Positions 44,503 to 54,377 of a DNA stretch of 64,000 bases are shown here, piece after piece. Made by a program: the position numbers and the translations under genes. The notes beneath the pieces are model-generated. The model saw only the letters and a program-made list of their open reading frames with translations, made no database searches and had not been told where the DNA came from. The stretch's first letter is position 1, and each line of letters begins with the position of its first letter. The DNA is from Smithellaceae bacterium (GTDB lineage: Bacteria; Desulfobacterota; Syntrophia; Syntrophales; Smithellaceae): assembly GCA_050008655.1 (NCBI GenBank), contig JBEKMF010000001.1, forward strand, positions 1,445 through 65,444, given 5' to 3'.

Positions 44503-46677
44503 TTAAAAAATGTTTTTTAAAAACTCTAAAACTTTAGCGTTTACCTGCTCGGCTTCTTTTCCCCGCAATATCCCGTGATGATTGGCCTCGATTCGGATAA
44601 GTTCCTTTTTGGGAGCACCAAGTTTTTCCAATATTTCCCGCCCGCTTACCGGATTCACTACCGGATCTTCCGACCCTTGTATGACCAGTGTCGGGTCTTT
44701 GATGTATTTAAGTCGCTCTTCAACGGTATTCATAAGTTTTTCGAGTTCATTCACCCCGCTGACAGGATTGCGCAGGTAATTTATATCTGGATTTTCCGGG
44801 TCGTTGGCAATGAATTCCATTTTCCCTTTGTTTGTGTTCATTTTCGAAAGGAATTTGTTCCAGGCGACAACCACGGATGAAAGCCTGGAGGAAATATTTT
44901 GAAGCTTTAAAGGAGCATTAATCGATATTACTTCCACAAATCTGCCGGGCTTATTCGAAGCCTGCAATAAGGCTATTCCCGCGCCTGTGGAAAAGCCGCC
45001 AATGGCAAAAGATTTCAGGGAATTTTTCATGATGATGTATGCCCTGCTTACAGAATCATACCATTTTTGCCACTTGCAGCCTGCCAAATCTTCCGGGGAC
45101 GTACCATGCCCCCGCAGACGCGCGCCATATACGTTGTAGCCCTTCTTATAGAGGTAATCCGCCAGCGGCCTAATCTCTTCAGGGGCCGCCAAGTATCCGT
45201 GAACTAGGATCACCCCTTTATTACAGAAGAAATGCTTCAGAAAAAAAGGAGCTCCGATATTTTTGGGCTTGCTCTCGCCTTTTATATAATACTGTTGATA
45301 GTCTTGGTCAAAAAGACGCTTATCCAGTTCGATAAAGTGATTCCTTATCTTCATGCGGATAAAACCATCAGGCAGGAGCATTAGACGATCCAAGGACTTG
45401 GTGAGCTCCTGAAGAGGCTCTATCTCATTTTTGAGAACCTCAATGATATTATCCTTCCGGATAGTTTGGAAATCATATTTTTTGCTGAAAAGTTTTCGAT
45501 TTTTGATAATCATCCCGTCTTTTATAGTAATAAAATTATCGGCTGTCGCGGCCTTTATAAAACTTTCGTATTCTTCATGATAATCATCCGTGAGAAGATA
45601 GAACTGCTTTTTATTCAGAGACGTATGATAGTTCGTCAAACCGCTGGCGCGTAAATGTTCGATCGCCAGAAAAACGCGGTTTTTAAAATCGTTTTCACTA
45701 ATTTTGTTTCTACTGTATTTTGTCAAGATATAAGAAAAAAGATGATCATGATTAACGGTCGTCATGGAGTATATGGCATCCATATAATCATACATAATTT
45801 CGATATAGAGCTTTTTAAATGGAGAAACATACTTCAATTCTCCGGGATGCAAATAAAGATTATTATCCGCCAGCATCTTTTTCACTCCCACGCTCGCCGT
45901 GATATATGTTTTCATTGGTATCGGCTGGCCGAAATTAATATCGATATCCACACCGTCCATAATCATGGAGCCTTCGACTTGCATCTCTTCTTCAAACCGC
46001 GCTGAAACCTTATCGACAAATATATTAACAAGCTTGTTGATAGCGTTATTCCTCGCCCGGATCGGGTAATAGGTAATATTTACCGGCACAATATATGTTT
46101 CTTTCTGGAGAATTCGGTCTAAATCCGCGGTATCAAAACCGAAGTGTTTCGCGATTTGAGTAATAGACGAATCATCGCCTCTGTCGCGCAGGAGGCGTAA
46201 TTCTTCGCGAATGAACTGGGAGCGCAGAGCGATCCGCCCCGCGCCGGTATGGGGAGGCCGCCTGATTCCGGTATTGTAGACCATATACTTGCCCTTCTCG
46301 ATAATCTTCTTGTCCTTTATCATCTGGCCTTCCGGGTAAATAATGACCGGGTTAGAATCGGTAAGAAGCGCGTTGATAAGCAGTGTATCCCTGTTGGGGT
46401 CCTCAGTGGAAATTCCACCTAATCTGTCCATAAGCTCGCCCATTTTCCCGCCAAAAAAAGAGCTGTCCGCCAGAGAAATGGGATATTTTTTTATGCTCTT
46501 TTTGATTATGTAGGGCATCAAAATTGTTTCCATCCGCGTAAAGTGATTGATGACATAGAGAACAGGCTGGTCAGGCACTCCTTCAGTTCCATGCAGGCGT
46601 ATATCCGTGCCCGATGCTTTAAATACGACATCGAGTGTGACTATAATGGTTTTAATCAGAGTATTTGATATATTCAT
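44503..46677 (-). CDS. fusion protein: N-terminal PlsC-like acyltransferase plus C-terminal alpha/beta hydrolase (lysophospholipase/esterase-like)
   Basis: N-terminal NHFTRME (an HX4D-type variant) and YPEGQ-type motifs. C-terminal VHGYLAAPEE, nucleophile elbow GFSTGAG, GSEDPVV and a C-terminal His. About 220 aa in the middle are unassigned. Confidence 0.65.
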   Translation of the reverse strand: MNISNTLIKTIIVTLDVVFKASGTDIRLHGTEGVPDQPVLYVINHFTRMETILMPYIIKKSIKKYPISLADSSFFGGKMGELMDRLGGISTEDPNRDTLLINALLTDSNPVIIYPEGQMIKDKKIIEKGKYMVYNTGIRRPPHTGAGRIALRSQFIREELRLLRDRGDDSSITQIAKHFGFDTADLDRILQKETYIVPVNITYYPIRARNNAINKLVNIFVDKVSARFEEEMQVEGSMIMDGVDIDINFGQPIPMKTYITASVGVKKMLADNNLYLHPGELKYVSPFKKLYIEIMYDYMDAIYSMTTVNHDHLFSYILTKYSRNKISENDFKNRVFLAIEHLRASGLTNYHTSLNKKQFYLLTDDYHEEYESFIKAATADNFITIKDGMIIKNRKLFSKKYDFQTIRKDNIIEVLKNEIEPLQELTKSLDRLMLLPDGFIRMKIRNHFIELDKRLFDQDYQQYYIKGESKPKNIGAPFFLKHFFCNKGVILVHGYLAAPEEIRPLADYLYKKGYNVYGARLRGHGTSPEDLAGCKWQKWYDSVSRAYIIMKNSLKSFAIGGFSTGAGIALLQASNKPGRFVEVISINAPLKLQNISSRLSSVVVAWNKFLSKMNTNKGKMEFIANDPENPDINYLRNPVSGVNELEKLMNTVEERLKYIKDPTLVIQGSEDPVVNPVSGREILEKLGAPKKELIRIEANHHGILRGKEAEQVNAKVLEFLKNIF

Positions 46678-47513
46678 AAGTTTTTACCTTCGCTTTTTTG
46701 AGTTTGTTTTATATCTGCCAATACTGCCTTTAATATGTCCGGTTTATTAGTAAAAATCCCGCTGACACCCGACTTGATAAAACGATGCATGTTTTTTTTA
46801 TCGTTTACTGTATAGATATTTACCGGAATATTATTTAATTTAAGATTCATAAGCCATTTCTTGCTAAGCTCATTTTTGGAGCAGTTGAAGGCATCGGCTC
46901 CGAGTAATTCAATTATCTCCGAAGGCAACTTTGATCCATAATATTCTTTTTCAAACAACACTGCAGCAGCCATTTTGACGGCAGCCGCTACAGTGCGATC
47001 TATTTCCTTGAGATGTTTAATGGCCCGCGGATCAAAGCTGGAGAACACTACGTGCTCCCGCATCCCTTTCATCTCAACAATGTTCATGCTCTTTTCCTCA
47101 ATGCCGTTCCGGATTTTTTCATCAACTGCTTCGGTCTTGATTTCAATGTTTACTGCAATTTTATTACGGCAAAGGTTTAACACCTCCTCCAGAGTTGGTA
47201 TCGTTGTACCTTTATACTCTTCGCCAAACCAGCTTCCCGCATCCAGTTTTTTTAGCTCGGAAAGGGCGTATTCGGCAATCCTGCCTTTACCATTCGTGCA
47301 GCGCGTTAGTTTTTCATCGTGAAATACCACCACTTCTCCGTCCCTGGTCAGTTGAACATCGAGTTCGATCATATCGGCACCCATCGAGATCGCCCCCTGA
47401 AATGATTCAATGGTGTTCTCCGGGTAATAGGCGGAAGCGCCGCGGTGGGCGATGGCTGTAAATTCGTCACCTTTAATATAGTTGTATTTAAATAAATAAT
47501 ACGGTTTTCCCAT
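46674..47513 (-). CDS. glycerophosphodiester phosphodiesterase
   Basis: Motifs IAHRGAS..YPENT, ELDV and FHD. The stop overlaps the start of the downstream fusion gene. Confidence 0.9.
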   Translation of the reverse strand: MGKPYYLFKYNYIKGDEFTAIAHRGASAYYPENTIESFQGAISMGADMIELDVQLTRDGEVVVFHDEKLTRCTNGKGRIAEYALSELKKLDAGSWFGEEYKGTTIPTLEEVLNLCRNKIAVNIEIKTEAVDEKIRNGIEEKSMNIVEMKGMREHVVFSSFDPRAIKHLKEIDRTVAAAVKMAAAVLFEKEYYGSKLPSEIIELLGADAFNCSKNELSKKWLMNLKLNNIPVNIYTVNDKKNMHRFIKSGVSGIFTNKPDILKAVLADIKQTQKSEGKNL

Positions 47514-47774
47514 TACTATATCATCCGATAAGTTTAATATGAATAATTTTACCTATTTATTTTATCATTAAACACCAGACAAGTTCATTAAAAATATTTA
47601 GATGAGGCATCCTGATTCCAGAAAGATATTTTTACAAACCGTGGATTTGGAGGTCTCTTTTTTTGCTATAAATAAGCGCAATTGTTTCGGTTTATGGTGA
47701 CAAACATAAAAATTTATGCAACATTATATAGCCGCGTACATTTGTGGTAAAAAATTGTGCTGGTTTAAAGGTAA

Positions 47775-48419
47775 ATGTTCAACTTGGAAAAATATTCTTT
47801 GCTGCAAAACATACTTCTGGGACTTTCGCTGGCCGCGCCGATTGGACCGGTAAACCTGGAAATAATCAGACGTGGCTTGCAATCAGGCTTTAAGCAGGCG
47901 TTTCTTACCGGTGCCGGTGCGATGAGTGCCGATACTACTTATTTGGCGCTTATTTTTTTCGGCCTTACTTCTTTTTTGAATATCGCTTTCATGAAAATTA
48001 TTTTAGTCATCACCGGAAGCATTATTTTGATTTATCTCGGTTTAATCAGCGCCAATGAGTTTTTCCATAAAGCTGCTGTTGCGAAAAATCCGCCGCGACG
48101 GCTGTTCAATAATTCCTTTATCACCGGCTATGTTTTGGCTATTTCCAGCCCGATGACAATTGTCTGGTGGACAGGAGTTTTTGGCGCACTACTGGCATCA
48201 CAAACTCATACGCAAACAAACTTATCCGCCTTTTTATCATGTCTTTCTATTTTGCTGGGTTGTTTTCTTTGGGTGGTTTCTTTTACCCTTGCTCTGCATT
48301 GGGGTAGAAAAATCATCAATGAAAAAATAACCGGGTATATTTCTCTGATCGCCGGAATATTTCTTATTGGATTTGGTTTTTATTTTTTACACCAAGCCTG
48401 TAAATTAATAATTTATTAG
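47775..48419 (+). CDS. LysE/RhtB family amino-acid exporter
   Basis: 214 aa with about 6 TM segments and N-terminal motif APIGPVNLEIIRRGL. Confidence 0.8.
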   Translation: MFNLEKYSLLQNILLGLSLAAPIGPVNLEIIRRGLQSGFKQAFLTGAGAMSADTTYLALIFFGLTSFLNIAFMKIILVITGSIILIYLGLISANEFFHKAAVAKNPPRRLFNNSFITGYVLAISSPMTIVWWTGVFGALLASQTHTQTNLSAFLSCLSILLGCFLWVVSFTLALHWGRKIINEKITGYISLIAGIFLIGFGFYFLHQACKLIIY

Positions 48420-48589
48420 CAGTTCCCCAGGAAATAAATTACCGTGACGCTCTTTTCACTGACAGCTGTATAAGCCTGTTACTTACTGTCGAAACGGCAA
48501 TATGTAATGTTTCTGGATTCCACCGGATTTCACCGCCGTTGCTTGCTTCCTGCATGTATTCGGCGCACTCTGCATGCTTGACATTTAGA

Positions 48590-50014
48590 TTATTTTTTGG
48601 ACAGATACTCATGAATCGCTTTGGCTGCTTTGCGTCCCGCACCCATCGCCAAAATTACTGTTGCCGAGCCCGTGACAATATCGCCGCCGGCATAAATACC
48701 CTCGCGGCTGGTGAGTCCCGATTCGTCTTTAGTAATAATATAGCCGCGCTTGTTTGTTGTGAGTCCCGGTGTAGTTGCCGGCACGATGGGATTGGCCATC
48801 GTCCCTACGGCCACAACAACGGTATCGACATCTATCACAAATTCCGATCCTTTGATGGGTATGGGGCTTCTTCTTCCTGAAGCATCCGGCTCGCCCAATT
48901 CCATCTTGATACATTTGACGCCGGTGACCCAACCCGCGGCATTACCGATATATTCCACAGGGGCGGTCAGCATCAAAAACTCCACACCTTCTTCCCGGGC
49001 ATGATGAACTTCTTCTTTACGTGCGGGCATTTCCACTTCGGTACGGCGATAAATTATCATGGCTTTCTCGGCGCCTAAGCGTAGCGCCGTGCGCACCGAA
49101 TCCATAGCCACATTACCGCCGCCAATTACTGCCACACGCCTACCTCGAACAATCGGGGTATCATATTCGGGAAAGCGATATGCTTTCATTAAATTCGATC
49201 TGGTTAGATATTCGTTAGCGGAATAAATGCCGCTTAAGTTTTCACCGGGGATATTCATAAAAACAGGCGCTCCTGCGCCTACGCCGATAAATACCGCGTC
49301 ATAACCCTCGGCAAAAAGTTCATCAATGGTTTTAGTGCGACCAATGACAAAGTTAGTCTCGATTTTTACGCCCAGCTTCTTTAAATATTCCACTTCTGCT
49401 TCGACGATGGCTTTGGGCAGACGAAATTCCGGAATACCGTAGACAAGCACGCCGCCGGCCTTATGTAAGGCCTCAAATATTGTCACATCATAACCCAATT
49501 TGACTAGATCGCCCGCAATAGTAAGGCCTGCAGGGCCCGCGCCCGCAATAGCTATCTTCTTGCCATTGGTTTTAACTTTGGGAGGAATTGTTACCTTGCC
49601 GGCACTGCGTTCATAATCGGCGGCAAAGCGCTCCAGGCGGCCAATGGCCACCGGTTCGCCCTTTTTACCCAGAATACATTGTTTTTCGCATTGATCTTCC
49701 TGCGGACAAACCCGGCCGCAAACCGCCGGAAGACTATTCGTTTCTTTTAACTTTTTGGCAGCTTCGACGAATTTCCTTTCGGCGATATCTTTGACAAATT
49801 CAGGAATTTTAACATCGACAGGACAGCCGCCGATGCAGCCCGGCTTTTTGCATTGGATGCAGCGTTTGGCCTCGGCTATCGCTTCTTCCTCGGAATAGCC
49901 CAGAGGCACTTCTTCGAAATTGGCGACCCTCTTTCGCGGATCCTGCTCGGGCATCTTTTGCCGCGGCACTTTTTCCTTCTTTTCCTTAGGTTCCTTAGTT
50001 TCCATCGCACCCAC
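48590..50014 (-). CDS. nfnB: NfnB / SudA-type NADPH-dependent oxidoreductase (GltD-like, homotetrameric glutamate synthase family)
   Basis: N-terminal Fe-S motifs (CIQCKKPGCIGGCP, CGRVCPQEDQCEKQC), two dinucleotide folds (GAGPAGL, GGGNVAMD) and GGDIVTG. An alternative start at 50005 is possible. Confidence 0.8.
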   Translation of the reverse strand: MGAMETKEPKEKKEKVPRQKMPEQDPRKRVANFEEVPLGYSEEEAIAEAKRCIQCKKPGCIGGCPVDVKIPEFVKDIAERKFVEAAKKLKETNSLPAVCGRVCPQEDQCEKQCILGKKGEPVAIGRLERFAADYERSAGKVTIPPKVKTNGKKIAIAGAGPAGLTIAGDLVKLGYDVTIFEALHKAGGVLVYGIPEFRLPKAIVEAEVEYLKKLGVKIETNFVIGRTKTIDELFAEGYDAVFIGVGAGAPVFMNIPGENLSGIYSANEYLTRSNLMKAYRFPEYDTPIVRGRRVAVIGGGNVAMDSVRTALRLGAEKAMIIYRRTEVEMPARKEEVHHAREEGVEFLMLTAPVEYIGNAAGWVTGVKCIKMELGEPDASGRRSPIPIKGSEFVIDVDTVVVAVGTMANPIVPATTPGLTTNKRGYIITKDESGLTSREGIYAGGDIVTGSATVILAMGAGRKAAKAIHEYLSKK

Positions 50015-50831
50015 ACTTATGCAGCTCGTAAGCCTGACGTTCGGAATCGCAATACATCTTCAGCCGGTCGGCAAGCAGCTTATAATCAACTTCGTGGCCG
50101 TCGAATTCCGGGCCGTCCACACAAGTAAATTTAGTTTTCCCCCCAACAACAACGCGGCAAGCGCCGCACATTCCCGTCGCATCGACCATAATGGAATTAA
50201 GGCTTACGATTGTCTTGATGCCCCGCGGCCGGGTAACATCGCTTACCACCTTCATCATCGGCACCGGACCAATGGCAAAAACTCGGTCGATTTTCTCGCC
50301 CTTATTGATCAAATCTTCTAGCACCTGGCTCACAAATCCATGGAAACCGTAACTGCCGTCATCCGTGGCTACAATTAGTTTATCAGATATTACGCCCATC
50401 TCCTTTTCCAAAATGAGCAAATCCTTTGTTCGCGAACCAATGATCGACATTACCTCGTTGCCCGCTTTCTTCAGGGCAACGGCTAACGGATAAACAACGC
50501 CTACGCCTACGCCGCCGCCAATGCAGACCACGCGTCCGTAATTTTTGATCTCCGTGGGATTACCGAGCGGCCCCTGCACATCCTGAATCGTGTCGCCAAC
50601 TTTCATCTTCGCGAGCATTGCCGTCGTTTTACCGACGACCTGAAAGATAGCCGTGATGGTTCCGGACTGAGCATCGGAATCGACGATGGTCAGCGGTATG
50701 CGTTCACCTTTTTCATCGATTTTCAAAATGATGAACTGGCCGGCCTTTCTCTTCTCGGCGATAACCGGTGCTGTGAGCACCATCTGAACGACATTTTCGG
50801 ATAAATTCTTTTTTTCGACGATCTTATTCAA
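49995..50831 (-). CDS. nfnA: NfnA / SudB-type ferredoxin-NADP reductase-like subunit (PyrK family)
   Basis: FAD/NAD-binding barrel (GQFIILKI, GERIPLTI, IGGGVGV) and a C-terminal 2Fe-2S motif (MVDATGMCGACRV...CVDGPEF). Confidence 0.8.
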   Translation of the reverse strand: MNKIVEKKNLSENVVQMVLTAPVIAEKRKAGQFIILKIDEKGERIPLTIVDSDAQSGTITAIFQVVGKTTAMLAKMKVGDTIQDVQGPLGNPTEIKNYGRVVCIGGGVGVGVVYPLAVALKKAGNEVMSIIGSRTKDLLILEKEMGVISDKLIVATDDGSYGFHGFVSQVLEDLINKGEKIDRVFAIGPVPMMKVVSDVTRPRGIKTIVSLNSIMVDATGMCGACRVVVGGKTKFTCVDGPEFDGHEVDYKLLADRLKMYCDSERQAYELHKCGCDGN

Positions 50832-50852
50832 AGTTTCTCTCCGTAATTATAC

Positions 50853-50877
50853 AAAAAAAGGGAGTCCAACGGCTCCC
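50853..50877 (-). terminator. rho-independent terminator after the flxA-like gene
   Basis: The minus strand reads GGGAGCCGTTGGACTCCC followed by TTTTTTT. It separates the flx/hdr transcription unit from nfnAB. Confidence 0.7.
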
Positions 50878-50932
50878 TCTATATATGCAAATCTCCGATT
50901 CATCAAGTCCCTAACCGAAACATTAATGAATA

Positions 50933-51772
50933 TTAGTACTCTTTGGTCAGCTTATCCAACTCCGCCAGAGAAAAGACAGGGCCATCTTTACAAACATATT
51001 TGCTGCCTACATTACAGCGGCCGCACTTACCAATGCCGCACTTCATCCTCATTTCCAGGGAGGTGATGATATTCTCCTTCGAAAAGCCAAGATCGAAAAA
51101 CACCGGCAGTGTAAAACGGATCATCACCGGCGGTCCACAGATTACAGCCACAGCGTTTTCCTTGCTGGGAGCAACTTCCTTACATACTGCAGGAACAAAA
51201 CCTTCCCTGCCCTTCCAGTCGGCATCTCCCTTATCTACCGTTACATTAAGATTTAAGTCGCTTCTTTTACCCCATTCGGCCAATTCACCTTTGTAAAGCA
51301 AAAGCCCGGGAGTTCTGGCGCCGTAAATAATCGTGATCTTGCCGAAACGTTTTCGGTTATCTTCGTGAATCATGTAATTAATCAGAGACCGCAACGTCGT
51401 AAAAGCGAATCCGCCGCCGACAATCACAATGTTTTTACCCTCCAGATATTTGAGGGGCCAGGAATTACCCAATGGTCCGCGGATACCCATTAATGCGCCT
51501 TCTTCCATCTCATGCAACGCCGTGGTTACAACTCCGGCTTTCTGGACGGTGAATTCCACATATCCCTTTTGGGTCGGCGATGATGCTATCCCTATGGGCG
51601 ATTCGCCCTTGCCGTAGATGGAGAGTTCGCCGAATTGTCCCGGAATATACTTATATTTTTCTTCATCTTCCGGGTTTACGAATGTAAAACGAAATGTCTT
51701 GATGTCTTTCGTATCCACTTCTGTGATTATTTTGTCTACCTTTACAGGAATCGGTACATACTGATTTTGCAT
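50933..51772 (-). CDS. FAD/NAD(P)-binding oxidoreductase with C-terminal 2Fe-2S, FlxA/HydG/AsrB-like
   Basis: Motifs PGQFGELS, RGPLGN, VGGGFAF and MKCGIGKCGRCNV...CKDGPVF. Confidence 0.7.
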   Translation of the reverse strand: MQNQYVPIPVKVDKIITEVDTKDIKTFRFTFVNPEDEEKYKYIPGQFGELSIYGKGESPIGIASSPTQKGYVEFTVQKAGVVTTALHEMEEGALMGIRGPLGNSWPLKYLEGKNIVIVGGGFAFTTLRSLINYMIHEDNRKRFGKITIIYGARTPGLLLYKGELAEWGKRSDLNLNVTVDKGDADWKGREGFVPAVCKEVAPSKENAVAVICGPPVMIRFTLPVFFDLGFSKENIITSLEMRMKCGIGKCGRCNVGSKYVCKDGPVFSLAELDKLTKEY

Positions 51773-51786
51773 TACTAACTCCCTAA

Positions 51787-52809
51787 TTATAATTTTGAAA
51801 TATCTTCAACAATTTTTCTAATATCTATATTAACGGGACAATACATGACGCAGCGACCACAACCGACGCAGGAAATTGCTTTAAAATTATCGACGTAATA
51901 CTTGAATTTATGCATGGTGCGTTGACGCCATCTTTCCTTCTGCGAAGGACGCGGATTGTGACCTGACGTTTCCTTGGTAAACAAGGGGAACATACAGGAA
52001 TCCCACGACCTAATGCGAACACCGTCGCTGCCTTTCACTTCATCGCTGATATCAAAACAATGACAGGTGGGACATAGATATGTACAAGTACCGCAAGCCA
52101 AACATTTAGAGTGAATTGTGTTCCAGAAAGGATGTTCAAAGTTATTATCCAAAATAGGCTTTATTTCATGAGCCGGAATTTTCGATGTAATGGCTGCTTT
52201 GGCCTTAGTGACAATTTCATTTTTCTTTGTTTCGGCTGCTGCATCCGCTTTGGTTTCACCAAAGTATTTAGCTAATTTTTCACCTTTTGGAGTGATAAAC
52301 TCGACAAGGTAGTCACTGCCGATATCTGTGAGAAGAATGTCTGCGCCTTCTGCGGATACGGGCTCACCATCAACCGATGTACAGAAGCAGGTAGTATAAG
52401 GAGGTTGCGAACAAGCTAGGGAAATAACCGTCGTGCTCTGTCTTTTGGCTACATAATAGCCGTCTTGATATTTTTCCTGATTAAAAAGTTTATCGAGCAG
52501 AAGAAAACTGTGGGCATCGCAAGGGCGAACACCAAACAATACCGATTCTTGTGTCTTGTTTTCGTCTGAGGAAAAAACCATGCCCTTTCCTGTACGGGTA
52601 TATTTCATCATAGTTTCCGTATGTGGGAAGAAAACATTTTTCGGCGCGTTCTTGGAATTCAAATAAGCAAAGAAAGGCTCGGCACCTTTTTGCAAGGGCT
52701 CAAAAAGAACATTATCTTCTTTTTTTACCGGCGCCCAAACCAGGAAGTCCCCGGCCATTTTCTTGGCAATGCCCGCTAGGGCATCTTTTTTAATTAAACG
52801 TTTTTCCAT
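51787..52809 (-). CDS. iron-sulfur protein, FlxB/HydB/AsrA-like
   Basis: CLACGTCTYLCPTCHCFD and CVGCGRCVMYCP motifs. Paired with the FlxA-like gene. Confidence 0.65.
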   Translation of the reverse strand: MEKRLIKKDALAGIAKKMAGDFLVWAPVKKEDNVLFEPLQKGAEPFFAYLNSKNAPKNVFFPHTETMMKYTRTGKGMVFSSDENKTQESVLFGVRPCDAHSFLLLDKLFNQEKYQDGYYVAKRQSTTVISLACSQPPYTTCFCTSVDGEPVSAEGADILLTDIGSDYLVEFITPKGEKLAKYFGETKADAAAETKKNEIVTKAKAAITSKIPAHEIKPILDNNFEHPFWNTIHSKCLACGTCTYLCPTCHCFDISDEVKGSDGVRIRSWDSCMFPLFTKETSGHNPRPSQKERWRQRTMHKFKYYVDNFKAISCVGCGRCVMYCPVNIDIRKIVEDISKL

Positions 52810-52830
52810 AATTTTCCCTAATTAAGAATT

Positions 52831-52932
52831 TAATGAGACCCAAGCTTCAGAAGCGAAGCACATAACCTAAAGGTCATCTGCGACTGAGCTTGCAGGTCGA
52901 ATTATCCCCGAAGCGAAGCGGAGTGGGATAAT
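52831..52932 (-). repeat. family-1 repeat, locus 5: single complete unit inside the hdr/flx operon
   Basis: The minus strand reads ATTATCCCACTCCGCTTCGCTTCGGGGATAATTCGACCTGCAAGCTCAG...GATGACCTTTAGGTTATGTGC...CTGAAGCTTGGGTCTCATTA. It lies between the hdrB stop (52956) and the flxB-like start (52809). Confidence 0.9.
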
Positions 52933-52955
52933 ATCAATATTCCTCCATAAATATA

Positions 52956-53804
52956 TCAAATCAACTGCAATTTTTTCAAAAGCGGTTGTGGATTAAACAT
53001 ATGGGATTTAAACGTATCCTTTGATCCGTCCAAACCCATCGCCAGAGCAATTAATTCCGTGAAATAAAACACCGGAAGTTTTAATTTGCTACTGGGGCGC
53101 ATATCCAGATTGGCCATACAAAGAGGACAGGCGGTGACCACGCAATTGGCGCCGGCTTCTCTCGCCGCGCTCATCAATTTATCGCACATATCGACGACAA
53201 TTTTTGTCTTGCTGATGGCTAATGACCCGCCACAGCAATCTGTTTTGTAAGACCATTTTTTTACATCGGCGCCGATTGTGCCCAATATTTTATCGAGCAT
53301 AAAAGGATTTTCATAGTTTTCAAACTCGCAAACATCAGGTGGTCTTAAAAGCAGACAACCATAATACGAAACCGGTTTCAATCCGATCAAGGGTTTGACT
53401 ACCTTTGCCGTCAGTGTGTCAATGCCAATCTCATTAAAAATGATATCAATAGGATTGCGGATAGCAATGCCTCCCTGATACTTGGCGCCAACCGCATCTT
53501 CAATCTTTGTTTTTAATTTCTTATCGGTCTTCAAATGATGTTCGGCCATTTTGAAGCGATTGAAGCAGGCGGCACAGGGAACCATTACATCCAGAGCGTT
53601 TTTTTCCGCGGAAATCAGGTTACGCGCCGAAAGAGCAATGGCTAAGTCAAAATTTGTGCTGTGCGCAGAGGAAGCTCCGCAGCAAGACCAGTCATCAACT
53701 TCTTTCAGTTCTATGCCCAGAGCGGAACTTACCGACTTCATGGACTGATCATATTCTTTTCCCGTCGCATGCAGCGAGCAGCCCGGATAGTATGAAACTT
53801 TCAA
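52956..53804 (-). CDS. hdrB: heterodisulfide reductase subunit B-like (two CCG domains)
   Basis: Motifs YYPGCS, WSCCGAS, VPCAACF, YYGC, TDCCGGS and TACPLCMANL. Confidence 0.85.
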   Translation of the reverse strand: MKVSYYPGCSLHATGKEYDQSMKSVSSALGIELKEVDDWSCCGASSAHSTNFDLAIALSARNLISAEKNALDVMVPCAACFNRFKMAEHHLKTDKKLKTKIEDAVGAKYQGGIAIRNPIDIIFNEIGIDTLTAKVVKPLIGLKPVSYYGCLLLRPPDVCEFENYENPFMLDKILGTIGADVKKWSYKTDCCGGSLAISKTKIVVDMCDKLMSAAREAGANCVVTACPLCMANLDMRPSSKLKLPVFYFTELIALAMGLDGSKDTFKSHMFNPQPLLKKLQLI

Positions 53805-53825
53805 CTCTAGCCTCCTTAGCCTTCT

Positions 53826-54353
53826 TTACAAATGCTTTGTTTTCTCAAATATATCTTTTACCGACTTCATATCCTTCGTACGCGGAGATAGAAGCGACAA
53901 CTTGCCCTTCATAAACATACCCGGAGCCATTAAAACGTCCGAGAACAGGTCCAGAGATTTTAATTTGTACTGGGCCATCATCATTGGCTCATTGATACGT
54001 CCACCTCGTTTAATTCCGGCAAGGAACGCTTCATGGAATTTCAATATATTCTTTTCGCGAGCACCGATACCTTCTTCAATAGCCATCTGCCTTAGCACAT
54101 CCATCATTCGGGCGATATCGATCTGATTGGGACACCGCGTAATGCATGTTTCACAAGACAAGCAAATCCAGATTGTCGAACTGTTCAGCACCTCATCGCG
54201 CTTGCCATTCTGTATCATTCTTACAACCTTGTTCAGGTTATATTCCATATGCGCTGCCACGGGGCAGCCGGCTGTGCATTTACGACACTGATAACATCGC
54301 TGTAGAGGCACACCGTTGATCTTCTTGTTTACTTCTTCCAGAAAAGTTTCCAT
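53826..54353 (-). CDS. hdrC: heterodisulfide reductase subunit C-like (2 x [4Fe-4S])
   Basis: CYQCRKCTAGCP and CLSCETCITRCP motifs; 175 aa. Confidence 0.85.
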   Translation of the reverse strand: METFLEEVNKKINGVPLQRCYQCRKCTAGCPVAAHMEYNLNKVVRMIQNGKRDEVLNSSTIWICLSCETCITRCPNQIDIARMMDVLRQMAIEEGIGAREKNILKFHEAFLAGIKRGGRINEPMMMAQYKLKSLDLFSDVLMAPGMFMKGKLSLLSPRTKDMKSVKDIFEKTKHL

Positions 54354-54377
54354 ACTGGCTCCATTACCTCGAACTAA

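Noticed and set aside
48439-48642. 67-aa minus-strand ORF with a faint HTH-like stretch (HIAVSTVSNRLIQL), considered as a possible transposase fragment.
   Set aside because: It overlaps the 3' end of nfnB by about 50 nt in another frame. The similarity is too short to support, and there are no inverted repeats or other IS features nearby.
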